Part shown: positions 61,842-64,000 of the stretch, piece by piece
Numbering within the stretch: position 1 is the first letter of the stretch
How the letters are laid out: each line of letters opens with the position of its first letter
Origin: Actinomycetes bacterium
Lineage (GTDB): Bacteria; Actinomycetota; Acidimicrobiia; Acidimicrobiales; Bog-793
Direction of reading: 5' to 3'
Length of the DNA stretch: 64,000 nt
Assembly (NCBI GenBank): GCA_021796455.1
Contig: JAKACA010000002.1
Span: 916-64,915, forward strand
Notes under the pieces: generated by a model
The model's input: the letters and a program-made list of their open reading frames with translations, nothing else
Told to the model about the DNA's origin: nothing
The model's database searches: none
Translations under genes and position numbers: made by a program

Positions 61842-63632
61842 ATGCATGTAGTGGGAACCGCGGGTCATGTCGATCACGGCAAGACAACGCTTGTCCGGCA
61901 ACTCACGAACACCGACCCGGACCGCCTGGCAGAGGAGAAGCGGCGCGGCCTGACGATCGACCTGGGATTTGCTTCCACGGTGCTCCCCTCGGGCCGAGAC
62001 GTCGGGTTCGTCGACGTGCCCGGACACGTCCGCTTTCTCAAGAACATGCTCGCCGGAGTCGGGGCGATCGACGCCTGCTTGTTCGTCGTCGCAGCCAACG
62101 AGGGATGGAAACCCCAGTCGGAGGAGCACCTGCGAATCCTCGACCTTCTCGGAGTGTCGCACGGCATCATTGCTCTCACGAAGGTCCAGAGCGTGGATGA
62201 TGAGTGGCGCGAGCTTGCCGAGATGGAGATCGCGGACCACGTGAGGGGCACCTTCCTCGAAGGAGCCGAGGTTGTCGCGGTCGATGCTCTGAGCGGTGTG
62301 GGTCTAACTGGCAGCAGGGGACTTCCTGCAGCAATCGACCGCATGCTCGGCTCCACGCCGAGGGCGGTCGACCGTGGACGACCCCGACTCTGGATCGACA
62401 GGTCTTTCGCCATTAGGGGCATGGGCACCGTGGTGACGGGAACGCTCGTCGGAGGTGCGCTCGAGCTCAAAGATGAGATGGTCGTGGAACCGGGCGCTCT
62501 GCAGGTGAGAGTCAGGGATCTGGAGAGCCACGGTACCCGCGTCGAGCGCGCGACCCCGGGACGCCGCCTCGCCGTGAACCTCTCGGGAGCCAGCCACCAG
62601 CAGATAGCGAGATCTCAGGCGCTCGTGCGCGAGGGTCAGTGGCACCGCTGTGCCACTATGGACGCATCGCTCTTCGTGCTCGGCTCGCTCGACCATGAAG
62701 TCACCAGGCGAGGTGCCTACCTAGGCTATTTCGGTTCAGGTGAGCACCCCGTGCGCATCGCGCTCCTCGGGCGCTCCCAGGCACTGCAACCCGGTGAGCA
62801 AGGCTTCGTCCGACTCCGGCTGCCGACCGCGCTGCCTCTCGCGCCCGGCGATCGTTACGTACTACGGGAGATGGGACGCTCCGAGCTGGTCGGCGGCGGC
62901 GAGATCCTCGATGTCGCACCGGTGCTCCCGATCTCGAGGGCAGCGCCCGACCGTTCAGTCTCGCGGGTCGTTGCCGAGCGTGGATGGGTAGAAAGAGACG
63001 AGCTCCAGCGACTGACCGGCGAGGTAGTCGAGGCGACAGTAGGCCGGTGGGTAGTCGATGCTGCTGCCCTGCACCGTGCAAAGGACTCCCTGGAGGCACG
63101 GGTACGCGAGGCGGGACCTCGCGGTCTCGACATCGCTCTGCTCGATGACCGCCAGCGAGCCCTAGTCCACGCGTCCTCCACGATGTCCGTGGTCGATGGA
63201 AGGGCTCGCTCCCTGGACGCGTCCACCAACGCAGCTATGCCAGCGGACCACCCATATTTGGCTCTCTTGGCGGCAGCGCAGTTCTCGCCACCACCTCCGC
63301 CGGCAACGATGGACCGCCTGGAGCTGCGTGAGCTGGTCCGCCGCGGGCTGGTAATCGAGCGCGACGGCATCTACTTCGCGGCGGAGGCGATCGGCACAGC
63401 CGCCGCCGTCGTCGCCAGACTGCTCTCGGCCTCACCAGATGGAGTCAGCGCCTCCGCCGTGCGGGAGGCCCTAGGGACGACTCGTCGTTACGTCTTGCCG
63501 CTGCTCGCGATACTTGATGCCTCAGGTGTCACGAGGCGCAGGGGTGATCTGCGTATCGGCGGGCCCCGCCTCCCCACCAACGCTGTGAGCTGCGCGACCG
63601 CGACTCACGAACAACAAGGAGAGCTACCTTGA
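61842..63632 (+). CDS. selB: selenocysteine-specific translation elongation factor SelB
   Basis: MHVVGTAGHVDHGKTTLVRQLT..DRLAEEKRRGLTIDLGF, DVPGH, and the C-terminal winged-helix region GTTRRYVLPLLAILDASGVTRRRGDLR. The start is at ATG 61842; the ORF opens at 61716. Confidence 0.9.
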   Translation: MHVVGTAGHVDHGKTTLVRQLTNTDPDRLAEEKRRGLTIDLGFASTVLPSGRDVGFVDVPGHVRFLKNMLAGVGAIDACLFVVAANEGWKPQSEEHLRILDLLGVSHGIIALTKVQSVDDEWRELAEMEIADHVRGTFLEGAEVVAVDALSGVGLTGSRGLPAAIDRMLGSTPRAVDRGRPRLWIDRSFAIRGMGTVVTGTLVGGALELKDEMVVEPGALQVRVRDLESHGTRVERATPGRRLAVNLSGASHQQIARSQALVREGQWHRCATMDASLFVLGSLDHEVTRRGAYLGYFGSGEHPVRIALLGRSQALQPGEQGFVRLRLPTALPLAPGDRYVLREMGRSELVGGGEILDVAPVLPISRAAPDRSVSRVVAERGWVERDELQRLTGEVVEATVGRWVVDAAALHRAKDSLEARVREAGPRGLDIALLDDRQRALVHASSTMSVVDGRARSLDASTNAAMPADHPYLALLAAAQFSPPPPPATMDRLELRELVRRGLVIERDGIYFAAEAIGTAAAVVARLLSASPDGVSASAVREALGTTRRYVLPLLAILDASGVTRRRGDLRIGGPRLPTNAVSCATATHEQQGELP

Positions 63633-63739
63633 CAACGGAGCCAGAGCGCACGGTCACGGTGCAATCGAGCCCGAGCTCACCTGCGTCGCGCCCGAGCCCA
63701 CGGCCGCTTGCTGAGCAGGACCTTAGGCATGGCGAGCCG

Positions 63740-64000
63740 GTGCGCCTGACCAAATGGACCTCGTGCGGCGGGTGTGCGGCGAAATGGGGTGGTGCGCCTC
63801 TGGCAGAGCTCATGAGACAGCTGGGAACAGCCGAGACCTCGCCCGAGCTTCTCGTGGGTCTCGCCTCTTCCGACGACGCCGCTGTCTACCGTCTCTCCGA
63901 TGACGTGGCCCTCGTCTCGACCACCGACTTCTTCCCCCCCCTCGTCGACGACCCCGCTGACTTCGGCGCGGTCGCTGCCGCGAATGCTTGCAGCGACGTC
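63740..64000 (+). CDS. selD: selenide, water dikinase SelD (Cys form); N-terminal fragment that continues beyond the window
   Basis: My own translation gives (V)RLTKWTSCGGCAAKWGGAPLAELM...LLVGLASSDDAAVYRL..DVALVSTTDFFPPLVDDPADFGAVAAANACSDV, which parallels RLTQYSHGAGCGCK...DAAV...TTDFF of SelD. The frame is open from TTG 63629 (which overlaps the selB stop). Start candidates are 63629, 63659 and 63740. Confidence 0.8.
   Translation, partial: MRLTKWTSCGGCAAKWGGAPLAELMRQLGTAETSPELLVGLASSDDAAVYRLSDDVALVSTTDFFPPLVDDPADFGAVAAANACSDV

Noticed and set aside
63743-63790. SelD active-site region checked for an in-frame TGA (the selenoprotein form of SelD).
   Set aside because: The sequence reads TCG TGC GGC GGG TGT GCG GCG AAA (S-C-G-G-C-A-A-K). 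This is the cysteine form, with no TGA.
1-64000. Whole-window scan for CRISPR repeats, transposases or integrases, toxin-antitoxin pairs, restriction-modification or other defence modules, and rRNA/tRNA genes.
   Set aside because: I recognised none. Gene content and synteny are those of a conserved core chromosome region. The scan was by eye only, so short or divergent elements could have been missed.

Overview
High-GC (by eye about two-thirds G+C, not computed), actinobacterium-like chromosomal segment. I call about 65 protein-coding genes, mostly on the minus strand. Many are joined by 1-8 nt start/stop overlaps (ATGA/GTGA), which suggests long translationally coupled operons.

The content is overwhelmingly housekeeping.
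- (1) 15.8-35.7 kb is a deeply conserved block: rplS, trmD, rimM, KH protein, rpsP, ffh, ftsY, smc, mutM, rnc, ACP, plsX, rpmF, yceD, a SepIVA-like protein, coaD, rsmD, recG, a DAK2 protein, rpmB and thiL. From memory its order matches both the Bacillus and the Mycobacterium Rv2904c-Rv2977c regions.
- (2) dprA, comM, yraN and a DUF2469 gene lie upstream of it.
- (3) 39.4-44.6 kb is an interrupted suf Fe-S cluster (sufB, sufD, a Rieske gene, sufC).
- (4) 49-59 kb is a loose acyl-CoA catabolic neighbourhood: MaoC hydratase, acyl-CoA dehydrogenase, CitE-like lyase, dienelactone hydrolase, fumC and acetoacetyl-CoA synthetase.
- (5) selB and selD sit at the right edge.
- (6) Scattered single genes include dxs, ald, pckG, ptrB, mscL, two aldo/keto reductases, and a GT4 / methyltransferase / prenyltransferase-like cassette at the left edge.

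I found no rRNA, tRNA, CRISPR array, transposase or integrase, prophage, or recognisable defence genes. I did not find a convincing novel multi-gene system. The best leads are small and local:
- a strongly SD-driven 33-codon uORF overlapping the ald start;
- a Cys-rich small protein attached to sufB in a split suf operon;
- uncharacterised proteins translationally coupled to fumC and to the MaoC hydratase;
- a 19-bp tandem repeat in front of the CitE-like lyase;
- an MscL with a C-terminal CxxC-x10-CxxC ribbon next to selB-selD;
- a three-gene insertion that replaces lepB/rnhB in the conserved rplS-to-dprA block.

All homology calls come from motif recognition by eye. No database search was run, and start codons are often inferred.
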